Part shown: positions 10,918 through 20,236 of the stretch, one piece after another
Layout: the number at the start of each line of letters is the position of its first letter
Numbering within the stretch: the stretch's first letter is position 1
Source of the DNA: an uncultured Actinomycetota bacterium
Lineage (GTDB): Bacteria > Actinomycetota > Actinomycetes > Actinomycetales > CAVURS01
NCBI GenBank assembly: GCA_963834425.1
Contig: CAWIBR010000008.1
Coordinates: 132,534 to 196,533, forward strand
Length of the DNA stretch: 64,000 nt
Reading direction: 5' to 3'
Position numbers and translations under genes: made by a program
Notes under the pieces: model-generated
What the model saw: only the letters and a program-made list of their open reading frames with translations
Databases searched by the model: none
What the model was told of the DNA's origin: nothing

Positions 10918-11524
10918 TCAGGGTTGCGACGGCTCGATGTGGACGCCGACCACGCCTTCCGTGGTCTCCGCGACCGCCTCGGCGATCCGAGTCGTCAGAG
11001 GGCTGTCGGTGTCGGTGACGGTCACGACCCCGTCGTCGACGCTCACCGTGCCGAGCGGGTGGGACTCGCCGTACTCGAAGAACCGCTCGCGCAGGGTGCG
11101 CGCGATCTCGGCGTCCGAGTGGGTGTGGCTGCGCAGGATGTCGGTGACGCTGATCATGCCGACCAGCTCGCCGTGCTCGAGCACGGGCAGACTGGCCAGG
11201 CCGTGCTCGAGCATGATCCGGGCCGCGTGAGCGTCGTCGTCGATCGGGGCGATGACGATGACGTTTCGGGTCATGACGTCGTGGACGAGGTGCGGCGGCT
11301 CCGGCGACGTCCCCGTGGGCAGGGATCAGGTGGGCGCGGGGGTCGTCGATCTCTCGCCCCGCCAGCAGGTCGCGGCGGCTCACGATGCCGATGACGTGAC
11401 CGTCGTCATCGACCACCGGAGCGGCCGTGATGTCGCTGTCGAGCAGCAGCTCGCCGGCGCGGCTGATCGTCGTCTCCGCGCGGACTGTCGCAACGCTGCG
11501 GGTCATCAGCTCCTTGACCAACAT
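10918..11524 (-). pseudogene. CBS-pair plus BON-like domain protein (hypoxic-response-protein-like); frame break near 11290
   Basis: MLVKELMTRSVATVRAETTISRAGELLLDSDITAAPVVDDDGHVIGIVSRRDLL, then MTRNVIVIAPIDDDAHAARIMLEHGLASLPVLEHGELVGMISVTDIL...VSVDDGVVTVTDTD..AEAVAETTEGVVGVHIE. Confidence 0.7.
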
Positions 11525-11584
11525 GGCGTCCTCCTCAGATGGGTTGTCCCTTAGGACGCTAGGTATGAGGTGGGCAGGCGGTCA

Positions 11585-11598
11585 GGGTCGAAAGTCCC
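11585..11598. promoter_or_regulatory. Candidate DosR/DevR box GGGTCGAAAGTCCC between the CBS-BON gene (-) and the PPOX-like gene (+)
   Basis: Best member of the family. A second partial palindrome, GTCCCTTAGGAC, lies at about 11546-11557. Confidence 0.5.
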
Positions 11599-11655
11599 GC
11601 CCGCCCGGGCCTCTGGCCTCACCCGCCCACGCTGAAAGGCGCGGATGCTCGGGAC

Positions 11656-12102
11656 ATGGACGACACGACGAACGAACTCACCCCGGCCGAGAGCTGGCAG
11701 CTGCTCGGCACCAGCGACCTCGGTCGGCTGGCGATGTGTTTCGACGGGGAGCCGGAGATCTTCCCGGTCAACTACGTGATCGCGAACGGCACCGTGGTCT
11801 TCCGGACGGCGGCCGGACTCAAGCACGTCTCGGCGCGGCTCGGCCAGCCGGTCGCGCTCGAGGCCGACGGCGTCGACAGCGACGCGGGTATCGCGTGGAG
11901 CGTCGTGGTGAAGGGGCAGGCGCGCGACGTCACGTCGCAGACCGAGCTCGACTACGTGCGCAAGCTTCCGCTCCGGCCGGCCCATGCCGGTCCGAAGTAC
12001 CTCTTCGTGCGGATCGAGCCGGACACCGTGACCGGCCGCCGGTTCCCGATTGCCGCGGCCGACCGATGGGTGAGCGCCGATCAGGTCTCGACCCGCGAGT
12101 GA
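11656..12102 (+). CDS. Pyridoxamine 5'-phosphate oxidase-like family protein (intact)
   Basis: MDDTTNELTPAESWQLLGTSDLGRLAMCFDGEPEIFPVNYVIANGTVVFRTAAG..ALEADGVDSDAGIAWSVVVKGQARDV...VTGRRF. Clear paralogue of 5883..6404. Confidence 0.8.
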   Translation: MDDTTNELTPAESWQLLGTSDLGRLAMCFDGEPEIFPVNYVIANGTVVFRTAAGLKHVSARLGQPVALEADGVDSDAGIAWSVVVKGQARDVTSQTELDYVRKLPLRPAHAGPKYLFVRIEPDTVTGRRFPIAAADRWVSADQVSTRE

Positions 12103-12195
12103 CCCTCCTGGGAGCCGGGCGGCGGTCGGGTGTCAGCTACCCGGCACGACGAGCCGCACGTGCCGTCGCGAGTGGGCTCCCTGATCGAGGTGCTG

Positions 12196-13045
12196 TCAGC
12201 CGGGGTCCAGGCCGCCCGCGTGGTCGGGCACCGAGCGGAAGAGCTCGCGCGGCGGGCGCTCGTAGTCGGTGGCCACGGGTCGGGCTGGGCAGGTCGACGG
12301 GCGGCCGGTCCACCGCGACGTACGGCACGGTCGAGAGTAGGTGGGCGATCATGTTCAACCGAGCCCGGCGTTTGTCGTCGGCCTCCACGACCCACCACGG
12401 CGACTCGTCGATGTCGGTGTGCACGAACATCTCGTCCTTGGCCCGCGAGTAGTCCTCCCAGCGAGCGATGGACTCGACGTCCATCGGGGAGAGCTTCCAT
12501 CGGCGCATCGGGTCGTCGCGCCGCGACCGGAAGCGGCGCTCCTGCTCGGCGTCGCTCACCGAGAACCAGTACTTGCGCAGCAGGATCCCGTCGTCGACGA
12601 GGAGCCGCTCGAAGACCGGGCACTGGGCGATGAAGCGCCGGTACTCCTGCGGCGTACAGAAACCCATGACCCGCTCGACGACCGCGCGGTTGTACCAGGA
12701 CCGGTCCATCAGCACGATCTCGCCGCCGGCGGGCAGGTGGGCGACGTAGCGCTGGAAGTACCACTGCTGGCGCTCGCGCTCGGTCGGTGCGGGTAGCGCC
12801 ACGATCCGAGCGACGCGAGGGTTGAGGTACTCAGCGACCCGTTTGATGGCGCTGCCCTTGCCGGCTGCGTCGCGACCCTCGAAGAGCACCAGCAAGCGCG
12901 TCCCGGTCTCGCGGACCCACTCCTGCATGATCACGAGCTCGGCCTGCAGGCGGCGCAGCTCGGCTTCGTACGTCGCGCGGCGCAGTCGCGGTCGCGGTTG
13001 GGGTTCCGGCGCTGGTTCAGTCGGCGTTCGCGGCACGGCTGCCAT
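12196..13045 (-). pseudogene. ppk2: Polyphosphate kinase 2 (PPK2); frame break near 12275 close to the 3' end
   Basis: YEAELRRLQAELVIMQEWVRETGTRLLVLFEGRDAAGKGSAIKRVAEYLNPRVARIVALPAPTERERQQWYFQRYVAHLPAGGEIVLMDRSWYNRA...KLSPMDVESIARWEDYSRAKDEMF..TDIDESPWWVVEADDKRRARLN. After the shift the tail reads ARPVATDYERPPRELFRSVPDHAGGLDPG, with the stop at 12196. Confidence 0.85.
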
Positions 13046-13112
13046 TATCCGATGCTGAGACGGGCGGCCTGGGTTACCTGGCCGCCATGTCGGGACCTTC
13101 ACGGGAGGACGC

Positions 13113-13126
13113 GGGACTTTCGGCCC
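13113..13126. promoter_or_regulatory. Candidate DosR/DevR box GGGACTTTCGGCCC (reverse complement GGGCCGAAAGTCCC) between ppk2 (-) and a membrane-protein gene (+)
   Basis: Lies between the starts at 13045 (-) and 13215 (+). Member of the five-site family. Confidence 0.45.
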
Positions 13127-13214
13127 AGTCCCCGGAGACCGGCGGCGACCCAGGATGAAGTCAAGGCACCAGCCACCTCGGCCCGCGCCTCTCACGACAT
13201 CTAAGGAGAAGACC

Positions 13215-13814
13215 ATGAAGCGCACCACCGTCGACAAGCTGGCCGCCGCATCGGGTTCACGATCACCGCGGTCCTCATCGTGTCCGGAGTGCTGCTGACC
13301 TGGGCCCACAACTTTGTGGGCGACCAGGTCAAGACCCAGCTCTCGGCTCAGAAGATCTTCTTCCCGCCCAAGGGCAGCCCGGCCATCGCCGGCCCGAACT
13401 TCACGGCGATGCAGAAGTACGCCGGCCAGCAGCTCACCACCGGCGCGCAGGCCGAGACCTACGCCGACCACTTCATCGCCGTTCACCTCAAGGAGGCCGG
13501 CGGCGGTCAGACCTACGCCCAGCTGAGCACCAAGGCCCAGGCCGACCCCACGAACACCGCGCTGGCCGGACAGGTCGCGACCATGTTCAAGGGTGAGACC
13601 CTGCGCGGCCTGCTGCTCAACGCCTACGCGTTCGGCACGATGGGCACCATCGCCGGGATCGCCGCCATCTTCGCCTTCATCGCCGCCGGACTGATGTTCG
13701 TCCTGTCGGCGCTGGGCCTCTGGCACAGCGGCAAGGCGAAGAAGAACGAGTCGGTCGTCGCCCTGCCGAAGGACAGCAGGCACCGCCACCCGCGAGCCGG
13801 TCACCGTCGCCTGA
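13215..13814 (+). pseudogene. Two-TM membrane protein of unknown function; frame breaks near 13250 and 13780
   Basis: AAGGAG lies 6 nt before the ATG at 13215. MKRTTVDKLAAA, then FTITAVLIVSGVLLTWAHNFVGDQVKTQLSAQKIFFPPKGSPAI...TMGTIAGIAAIFAFIAAGLMFVLSALGLW. The likely true tail ..TREPVTVA ends at the TGA at 13812-13814. Confidence 0.5.
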
Positions 13815-13833
13815 CCGCCAGCTCGACCACTGA

Positions 13834-13861
13834 GCACGGCCCCGCTCACGCGGGGCCGTGC
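13834..13861. terminator. Perfect 12-bp-stem hairpin between convergent genes
   Basis: GCACGGCCCCGC tcac GCGGGGCCGTGC, 20 nt after the stop at 13814 and 26 nt after the convergent stop at 13887. Confidence 0.6.
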
Positions 13862-13886
13862 TTGCGTGGCTCGCGGATCTCCAGGG

Positions 13887-14525
13887 TCAGGCCGCGCGCG
13901 CGAGGTCCAGCGCCGACTGCAAGCTCTGCACGTAGCCGGCACTCGTGTATGACGCGCCGCTCACCGCGTCGATGTGGGATGACTGGGCGGCCAGGGCCTC
14001 CCGGCGCAGGATCGGTGCGGCCTGGGCACTGATCGAGACTGAACGTGAGGAGCTGTCGGTCAGCCGGAGCGCTACGACGTCCGTGATCTTCGTACCGGTC
14101 ATGACCACCCGCACCTGCACGTCGCCGTACGGCGTCTGCACCGTCGCCCCGTTGTAGGACCGCGGTGAGCTGCTGGAGGTGTGCGAGCTGGACGGGCTCG
14201 GCGCGTGCGGGGGTGTCGGGCGGGAGGTTGGCCTCTGGGTGGCCGTCGCCTGAGTGTGCGAGCACGGAGTTGCAGCGCCCGACCGTGGGCCGGACGGAGT
14301 GCTCGATGGTGACCTCGACGACGTTGGCGACGCTGAGATCGGCGAGCTGGATGGTGTGTCCGGCGACGTGCTCGATGGTGACGTTGACGTGCTGTCGGCC
14401 GTGGGCGGCGCGACCACCGTGAGCCCCAGGGCCGTGGTTCGACTGGGGCCCTCGCCAACCTTCCATGCGCCTACCAGCGCGGCGCTGCTCGCCAAAGCCA
14501 CGGCGAAGCCGCTGCCGCGCCTCAT
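13887..14525 (-). CDS. Secreted FMN-binding-domain protein with a Ser/Pro/Thr-rich linker
   Basis: Signal-like N-terminus MRRGSGFAVALASSAALVGA and a long S/T/P linker. C-terminus YNGATVQTPYGDVQVRVVMTGTKITDVVAL...SISAQAAPILRREALAAQSSHIDAVSGASYTSAGYVQSLQSAL matches the FMN_bind pattern. Confidence 0.7.
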   Translation of the reverse strand: MRRGSGFAVALASSAALVGAWKVGEGPSRTTALGLTVVAPPTADSTSTSPSSTSPDTPSSSPISASPTSSRSPSSTPSGPRSGAATPCSHTQATATQRPTSRPTPPHAPSPSSSHTSSSSPRSYNGATVQTPYGDVQVRVVMTGTKITDVVALRLTDSSSRSVSISAQAAPILRREALAAQSSHIDAVSGASYTSAGYVQSLQSALDLARAA

Positions 14526-14573
14526 CGCAGGGACCGCTCGTCGTGCGGGGTCATGGTCATGGCTGGACCGTCG

Positions 14574-14607
14574 GCTCGCATTCTCAGAAGGTTCTGAGAA
14601 TGCGAGC
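14574..14607. promoter_or_regulatory. Perfect 16-bp inverted repeat (candidate operator or RNA hairpin) between the FMN-binding gene and the kdp-linked genes
   Basis: GCTCGCATTCTCAGAA gg TTCTGAGAATGCGAGC. Locally AT-richer than its surroundings. It is 49 nt upstream of the minus-strand start at 14525. Confidence 0.5.
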
Positions 14608-14766
14608 GAGGATGGTCAAGCGTGTCGGTGGTCCCCGCCCGTCATCGCGCGCAGGGTGGCCGGCTTGACCGGGAGGCGTTAGGAAACCGTCAAGGTTGCC
14701 GGTCGACCCGTCTGTTTTCCGTCAAGACCGGTTCTCGGCGTGGCGTCGTCTGGATTCACTCGAGCC

Positions 14767-15222
14767 ATGAAGGTTTTCGCACTCTCCCAGCCCGATCGCA
14801 GGGTCGCCATGTTGAAGATCAGAACCGAGCCAGTCCGAGGGTCGGCCGCTCGAGATGGGACGCCGACGGGGATTGCCGTTGCCATCGGAGCCGTCGTCAT
14901 CGTCGCGGCCGCCATGGTGGCCGCATTCGTGCCGTCGAGCGATCCGGCAGCTCGTTTCGCCGTCATCGCTTTCGGTCTGGCTTCATTTGCGCTGGCTGCT
15001 TCAGACTGGATGGCTGCGGCTGCGGTCGTGCCGCTCGCGTGGCTGGTCTACAACGGTTTCATCCAAGACCGGTTCGGCGTGCTGGTCTGGCACGGCTGGA
15101 GCGACCTGGGCCGACTGGGGCTGCTGGTCGCCGCCGCGGCAATCGGGCTGGGCATCGGGGCCTGGCGGCGCGACGACGCGAAGCGTGAGTCGCTGACGGC
15201 GACCGGGGTGCGTCGTGGCTGA
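14767..15222 (+). CDS. Integral membrane protein of unknown function, immediately upstream of kdpF (start uncertain: 14740, 14767 or 14811)
   Basis: IAVAIGAVVIVAAAMVAAFV, FAVIAFGLASFALAASDWMAAAAVVPLAWLVYNGF and LGLLVAAAAIGLGIGAW give 3-4 hydrophobic spans. Its stop overlaps the next small ORF. Confidence 0.5.
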   Translation: MKVFALSQPDRRVAMLKIRTEPVRGSAARDGTPTGIAVAIGAVVIVAAAMVAAFVPSSDPAARFAVIAFGLASFALAASDWMAAAAVVPLAWLVYNGFIQDRFGVLVWHGWSDLGRLGLLVAAAAIGLGIGAWRRDDAKRESLTATGVRRG

Positions 15223-15298
15223 CCTGATCTTCGTCGTCCTGACCGTCGCGCTGTTCGGCGTACTGGCATTGGTACTCAAGGGAGTAGAGCGGCTGTGA
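15215..15298 (+). CDS. 27-aa hydrophobic peptide ([27 protein letters not shown]), coupled to kdpF by a GTGA overlap
   Basis: The GTG at 15215 overlaps the end of the upstream ORF. Its TGA at 15296-15298 overlaps the kdpF GTG at 15295. Single TM-like peptide. Coding status is unproven. Confidence 0.35.
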   Translation: MADLIFVVLTVALFGVLALVLKGVERL

Positions 15299-15384
15299 GC
15301 GCAGCAAACCTGGTCGGCCTGGTGCTGGCCGTCGTCATGACGATCTTCCTGATCGCGGCGCTGCTCTTCCCGGAGCGGTTCTGA
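15295..15384 (+). CDS. kdpF: K+-transporting ATPase subunit F
   Basis: [29 protein letters not shown] has the typical KdpF length and the ..ALL.PE.F ending. Its TGA overlaps the kdpA ATG (ATGA). Confidence 0.7.
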   Translation: MSAANLVGLVLAVVMTIFLIAALLFPERF

Positions 15385-17046
15385 TGAGCAACACCGCAGC
15401 CGGCGCGCTGTTCATCGGGGCGATCGTCGTCGCGCTCGCGCTGGCCTACCGGCCGTTCGGCGACTACATGTACCGCGTCGTCTCGGGCACTCGGCACTCT
15501 CGGGTCGAGCGCGGGGTCTACCGGGTGATCGGCGTCAACCCGGACGGCGAGCAGTCGTGGACGGTCTACGCCCGCAGCGTGCTGGCCTTCTCGGCCGTCT
15601 CGATCCTGTTTCTCTATGTGTTCCAACGGGTTCAGAGCCACCTGTTGCTCTCGTTGGGCTTCAGCAACGTCACTCCGGCCCTGTCCTGGAACACCGCGGT
15701 CAGCTTCGTCACCAACACGAACTGGCAGGCCTACTCGGGTGAGTCCACCATGGGCTACCTGGTGCAGATGGCCGGCTTGGCGGTGCAGAACTTCGCCTCG
15801 GCCGCCGTCGGCATCGCCGTGGCCGTGGCGCTGGTGCGCGGTTTCGCGCGCAAGCACACCGAGCACCTCGGCAACTTCTGGGTCGACCTGACCCGCATCG
15901 TCTTCCGCATCCTGATGCCCATCGCCGTCATCGGCGCGATCATCTTCGTGGCCGCGGGGATGATCCAGAACTTCTCCTCCGGCACCGACGTGCACACCCT
16001 CGCGGGGGCGACCCAGCACATCACCGGCGGCCCGGTGGCCAGCCAGGAGATCATCAAGGAGCTCGGGACCAACGGTGGTGGCTTCTACAACGCCAACAGC
16101 GCGCACCCGTTCGAGAACCCCACCTCGTGGACCAACGGGCTGCAGATCTTCTTCCTGCTCGTGATCAGCTTCAGCCTGCCGCGCACCTTCGGCCGGATGG
16201 TCGGCAGCAACCGGCAGGGCTACGCGATCGTCTCGGCGATGGCGATCATGGCCGTCGGCAGTGTCATCGTGCTCAACGTGCTCCAGGGGGTGCACGGCGG
16301 GACGGTGCCGCAGGCGGTGGGCGCCGCGACCGAGGGCACCGAAACCCGTTTCGGGGTGCTGAACTCGGCGACCTTCGCGAGTGCCACGACGCTGACGTCG
16401 ACCGGAGCTGTGGACTCGTTCCACGACTCCTACACGGCGCTGGGTGGTGGCGTCACGATGCTCGACATGCAGCTCGGCGAGGTCGCTCCGGGCGGCACCG
16501 GGTCGGGTCTCTACGGCATCCTCATCCTGGCCGTCGTGACCGTCTTCGTCGGCGGGTTGATGGTCGGGCGAACACCGGAGTACCTCGGCAAGAAGATCGG
16601 GGCCCGGGAGATGAAGTTCGCCTCGCTCTACTTCCTCACGACTCCGACCCTGGTGCTGGTGGGGACCGGTACGGCGATGGCGCTGCCCAAGGAGCGGGCC
16701 TCGATGCTCAACACCGGAGCCCACGGGCTCTCCGAGGTGCTCTACGCCTTCACCTCGGCGAGCCAACAACAACGGGTCGGCGTTCGCGGGGATCAGCGTC
16801 AACACGACCTGGTACAACACCGCGCTCGGCCTGGCGATGCTGCTGGGCCGGTTCCTGCCCATCCTGTTCGTGTTGGGGCTGGCGGGCTCGCTGGCCCGGC
16901 AGAAGCCGGTGCCCGAGTCCACCGGGACGCTGAAGACCTATCAGCCGCTCTTCGTCGGGATGCTCGTCGGCGTCACGCTGATCGTCGTCGCGCTGACCTA
17001 CCTGCCCGCGCTGGCCCTCGGTCCACTGGCCGAAGGCGTGCACTGA
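15384..17046 (+). pseudogene. kdpA: K+-transporting ATPase subunit A; single frame break near 16762
   Basis: [32 protein letters not shown]...[27 protein letters not shown]...[20 protein letters not shown]...[32 protein letters not shown]. After the shift: [47 protein letters not shown].. Confidence 0.9.
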
Positions 17047-17095
17047 AAGCCATGACCATCAACGTGATTCACCGATCCACAGAGGACGGAAACCG

Positions 17096-19291
17096 ATGAG
17101 CGCCATGAGCGCCATGACCTCCATGACTGCCGGTACGGCGCCGGTCGAGCGGCCGGGCAACGATGCTGCGTCGCAGCGCGGCCGGGTCGGCGGCGGTCTG
17201 CTCGACCCGAAACAGCTGCTGACGTCGACCCCGGGCGCACTGCGCAAGCTGGACCCGCGCACCCTGTGGCGCAACCCGGTGATGTTCATCGTCGAGGTCG
17301 GCTCGGTCTACACGACCGTCCTGGCGATCGGACATCCGACCGTCTTTGCCTGGCTGATCACCATCTGGCTCTGGCTGACGGTCATCTTCGCCAACCTGGC
17401 CGAGGCGGTCGCCGAAGGGCGCGGCAAGGCTCAGGCCGAGTCGCTGCGCCGGGCCAAGCAGGACACCATGGCCCGCCGGGTCGCCGGCTGGACGCCCGGT
17501 GCGACCGACCTGGCGGAGGAGCTCGTCCCGGCGCCCGTCCTGCAGCAGGGCGACTTCGTCGTGGTCGAGGCCGGCCAGGTGATCCCCGGGGACGGCGACG
17601 TCGTCGAAGGCATTGCCAGCGTTGACGAATCGGCCATCACGGGGGAGTCCGCGCCGGTGATCCGCGAGTCCGGCGGTGATCGGTCGGCCGTCACGGGCGG
17701 CACCCGCGTGCTGTCCGACCGGATCGTCGTGCGGATCACTCAGAAGCCGGGGGAGAGCTTCATCGACCGGATGATCGCGCTGGTCGAGGGGGCCAACCGG
17801 CAGAAGACCCCGAACGAGATCGCCCTCAACATCCTGCTGGCCGCGCTCACGCTCATCTTCATCCTGGCGGTGGCGACCCTGCAGCCGTTGGCGATCTACT
17901 CCAAGGCGGTCCAGGCGTTCGCCCCGGACAGCCAGGCGCTGAACGCCCACGGCGTGACCGGCATCGTCCTCGTCTCGTTGCTCGTCTGTCTGATCCCGAC
18001 CACCATCGGCGCACTGCTCTCGGCCATCGGCATCGCGGGCATGGACCGGCTGGTGCAGCGCAACGTCCTGGCCATGTCCGGCCGCGCGGTCGAGGCGGCC
18101 GGTGACGTCAACACCCTGCTGCTCGACAAGACCGGCACCATCACGCTCGGCAACCGGCAGGCCAGCGAGTTCATCCCCGTGGGCGACGTCACGCCGATGG
18201 AGCTGGCCGATGCCGCCCAGCTGTCCAGCCTGGCCGACGAGACCCCGGAAGGGCGCTCGATCGTCGTCTTCGCCAAGACCGAGCACGGGTTGCGCGAACG
18301 GCACCCGGGCGAGCTGGGCCACGCCACCTGGATCCCCTTCACCGCCCAGACCCGCATGTCCGGGGTGGACCTCTCGGCCGACGACTCCGGCCCGGCGCGC
18401 GAGCTGCGCAAGGGCGCGGCCGCCGCGGTGGCCGAGTGGGTCCGGACCCATGGCGGCGCCGTGTCCGACCAGGTCGGGCAGGTCGTCGACGGCATCTCCG
18501 CCTCTGGTGGCACCCCGCTCGTCGTTGGCGAGCGGGTCGGCGGCACGGCCCGGGTCCTCGGGGTCATCCACCTCAAGGACGTCGTGAAGAGCGGCATGCG
18601 CGAGCGGTTCGACGAGATGCGCCGCATGGGCATCCGCACGGTGATGATCACCGGCGACAACCCGCTGACCGCTCGCTCGATCGCCGAGGAGGCGGGGGTC
18701 GACGACTTCCTGGCCGAGGCGACGCCCGAGGACAAGCTCGCGCTCATCCGGCGCGAACAGGAGGGCGGCAAGCTGGTCGCGATGACCGGTGACGGCACCA
18801 ACGATGCGCCGGCGCTGGCCCAGGCCGATGTCGGCGTCGCCATGAACACGGGGACGTCGGCGGCCAAGGAAGCCGGCAACATGGTCGACCTCGACTCTGA
18901 CCCCACCAAGCTGATCGAGATCGTCGAGATCGGCAAGCAGCTGCTGATCACGCGCGGTGCGCTGACGACGTTCTCCATTGCCAACGACATCGCGAAGTTC
19001 TTCGCGATCATTCCGGCGATGTTCGTCGCGGTCTATCCCGGGCTGCATGTCCTGAACGTCATGCATCTGTACAGCCCGACCTCGGCCATCCTGTCCGCGG
19101 TGATCTTCAACGCCCTGGTCATCGTGGCGCTGATCCCGTTGTCCCTCAGGGGGGTTCGCTACACGCCGTCGAGCGCGTCCGCCATGCTGCGCCGCAATCT
19201 GTTGATCTACGGAGTCGGTGGCCTGATCTCGCCGTTCATCGGCATCAAGGCGATCGACCTCCTCGTCCAGTTCATCCCAGGGATCCGCTGA
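17096..19291 (+). CDS. kdpB: K+-transporting P-type ATPase subunit B (intact, 731 aa)
   Basis: [21 protein letters not shown] and [21 protein letters not shown] are P-type ATPase signatures. Confidence 0.95.
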   Translation: MSAMSAMTSMTAGTAPVERPGNDAASQRGRVGGGLLDPKQLLTSTPGALRKLDPRTLWRNPVMFIVEVGSVYTTVLAIGHPTVFAWLITIWLWLTVIFANLAEAVAEGRGKAQAESLRRAKQDTMARRVAGWTPGATDLAEELVPAPVLQQGDFVVVEAGQVIPGDGDVVEGIASVDESAITGESAPVIRESGGDRSAVTGGTRVLSDRIVVRITQKPGESFIDRMIALVEGANRQKTPNEIALNILLAALTLIFILAVATLQPLAIYSKAVQAFAPDSQALNAHGVTGIVLVSLLVCLIPTTIGALLSAIGIAGMDRLVQRNVLAMSGRAVEAAGDVNTLLLDKTGTITLGNRQASEFIPVGDVTPMELADAAQLSSLADETPEGRSIVVFAKTEHGLRERHPGELGHATWIPFTAQTRMSGVDLSADDSGPARELRKGAAAAVAEWVRTHGGAVSDQVGQVVDGISASGGTPLVVGERVGGTARVLGVIHLKDVVKSGMRERFDEMRRMGIRTVMITGDNPLTARSIAEEAGVDDFLAEATPEDKLALIRREQEGGKLVAMTGDGTNDAPALAQADVGVAMNTGTSAAKEAGNMVDLDSDPTKLIEIVEIGKQLLITRGALTTFSIANDIAKFFAIIPAMFVAVYPGLHVLNVMHLYSPTSAILSAVIFNALVIVALIPLSLRGVRYTPSSASAMLRRNLLIYGVGGLISPFIGIKAIDLLVQFIPGIR

Positions 19292-20194
19292 TGCGTCTAC
19301 CGTCCTGGCTGGCCCAGCACACCACCGCGCTGCGTCTGCTCCTCGTCCTCACCGTCCTGACCGGTCTGGCCTACCCACTAGCGATCACCGCCGTAGCCCA
19401 GGTGCCCGGCCTGCAGCACAAGGCCGACGGCTCCCTGGACCACGTGGACGGCAAGCCGGTCGGATCGTCTCTGATCGGGCAGTTGTTCACCGACAAGGAC
19501 GGCAACGCGCTCGTGCAGTACTTCCAGACCCGCCCCTCCGCGGCCGGCGATGGCTACGACCCGACCGCCACGAGCGCCTCCAACCTGGGCCCGGAGAGCG
19601 TCGTGGACACCCTCGGCGACCCGGCCAAGGCCAAGGATCCGGACGGCGACGGCAGCAAGCTCGCCCTGCTCAGCCAGGTCTGCGCGCGCAGCCTGGCCGT
19701 GGGACAGCTCGAGGGAGTCAGCGGCGCCCGTCCCTACTGCACCGCCGACGGCGTGGGCGCGGTCCTCGCGGTGTTCCGCGAGAACGGCAGCACCGGCCCG
19801 ATCACCCAGGTGGTCAGCCTCAACCAGGAGTGCCCGGCTACGCCCTTCATCACGTCGTACAAAGGCGTCGCGGTGAAGTGCGCGACCTTCGGCGCGGACT
19901 ACTCCAAGGGCATCGTGACGCCGATCCGCGGCGATGCCCCGGCCAAGTCGGCGGTTCCGGCCGACGCCGTGACCGCGAGCGGCAGCGGTCTGGACTATCC
20001 AGATCTCACCGGCGTACGCCGAGTTGCAAACGCCTCGCGTGGCGAAGGCCCGCGGGGTCGCCGTCGCAGCCGTGAGTGCCCTCGTCAAGCAGTACACGAC
20101 CGGGCGCGCCCTCGGCTTCATGGGCGAGCCGGGCGTCAACGTGCTGCAGCTGAACCTGGCGCTGGACCGGAAGTACCCGTACCACTCCGGCTGA
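19291..20194 (+). pseudogene. kdpC: K+-transporting ATPase subunit C with a long internal insertion; frame break near 19998
   Basis: [46 protein letters not shown]...SASNLGP...VTASGSGLD. After the shift: [53 protein letters not shown] overlap with the kdpB stop. Confidence 0.85.
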
Positions 20195-20236
20195 GGTGAT
20201 CATCAGATGAAGACCGACCGAGGGAGGTGAGGCGTG

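Noticed and set aside
12137-13942. A 601-aa ORF extending ppk2 far upstream, and similar over-extended ORFs (8312-10327, 29892-31838, 33411-35006, 26980-28587)
   Set aside because: The homology-bearing parts start at internal ATG/GTG codons with ribosome-binding sites (13045, 9648, 30800, 34089, 28122). The extensions overlap neighbouring genes or intergenic signals and are low-complexity.
14611-14810. Looked for a c-di-AMP (ydaO/kimA-type) riboswitch upstream of the kdp genes
   Set aside because: I could not find the characteristic pseudo-symmetric conserved blocks. I found only the dyad at 14574-14607 and the CCGTCAAG direct repeats. A covariance-model scan would be needed to exclude it formally.
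17069-19066. A 665-aa ORF on the minus strand, and similar long antisense ORFs (15276-16922, 20357-21307, 22129-23601, 56482-58521, 46885-48192)
   Set aside because: They lie antisense to genes with unambiguous signatures (kdpB, kdpA, kdpD, flhA, flgE). They are Arg/Gly/Asp/Pro-rich with no recognisable motifs, and are the expected stop-codon-poor shadow frames of about 70% G+C DNA.
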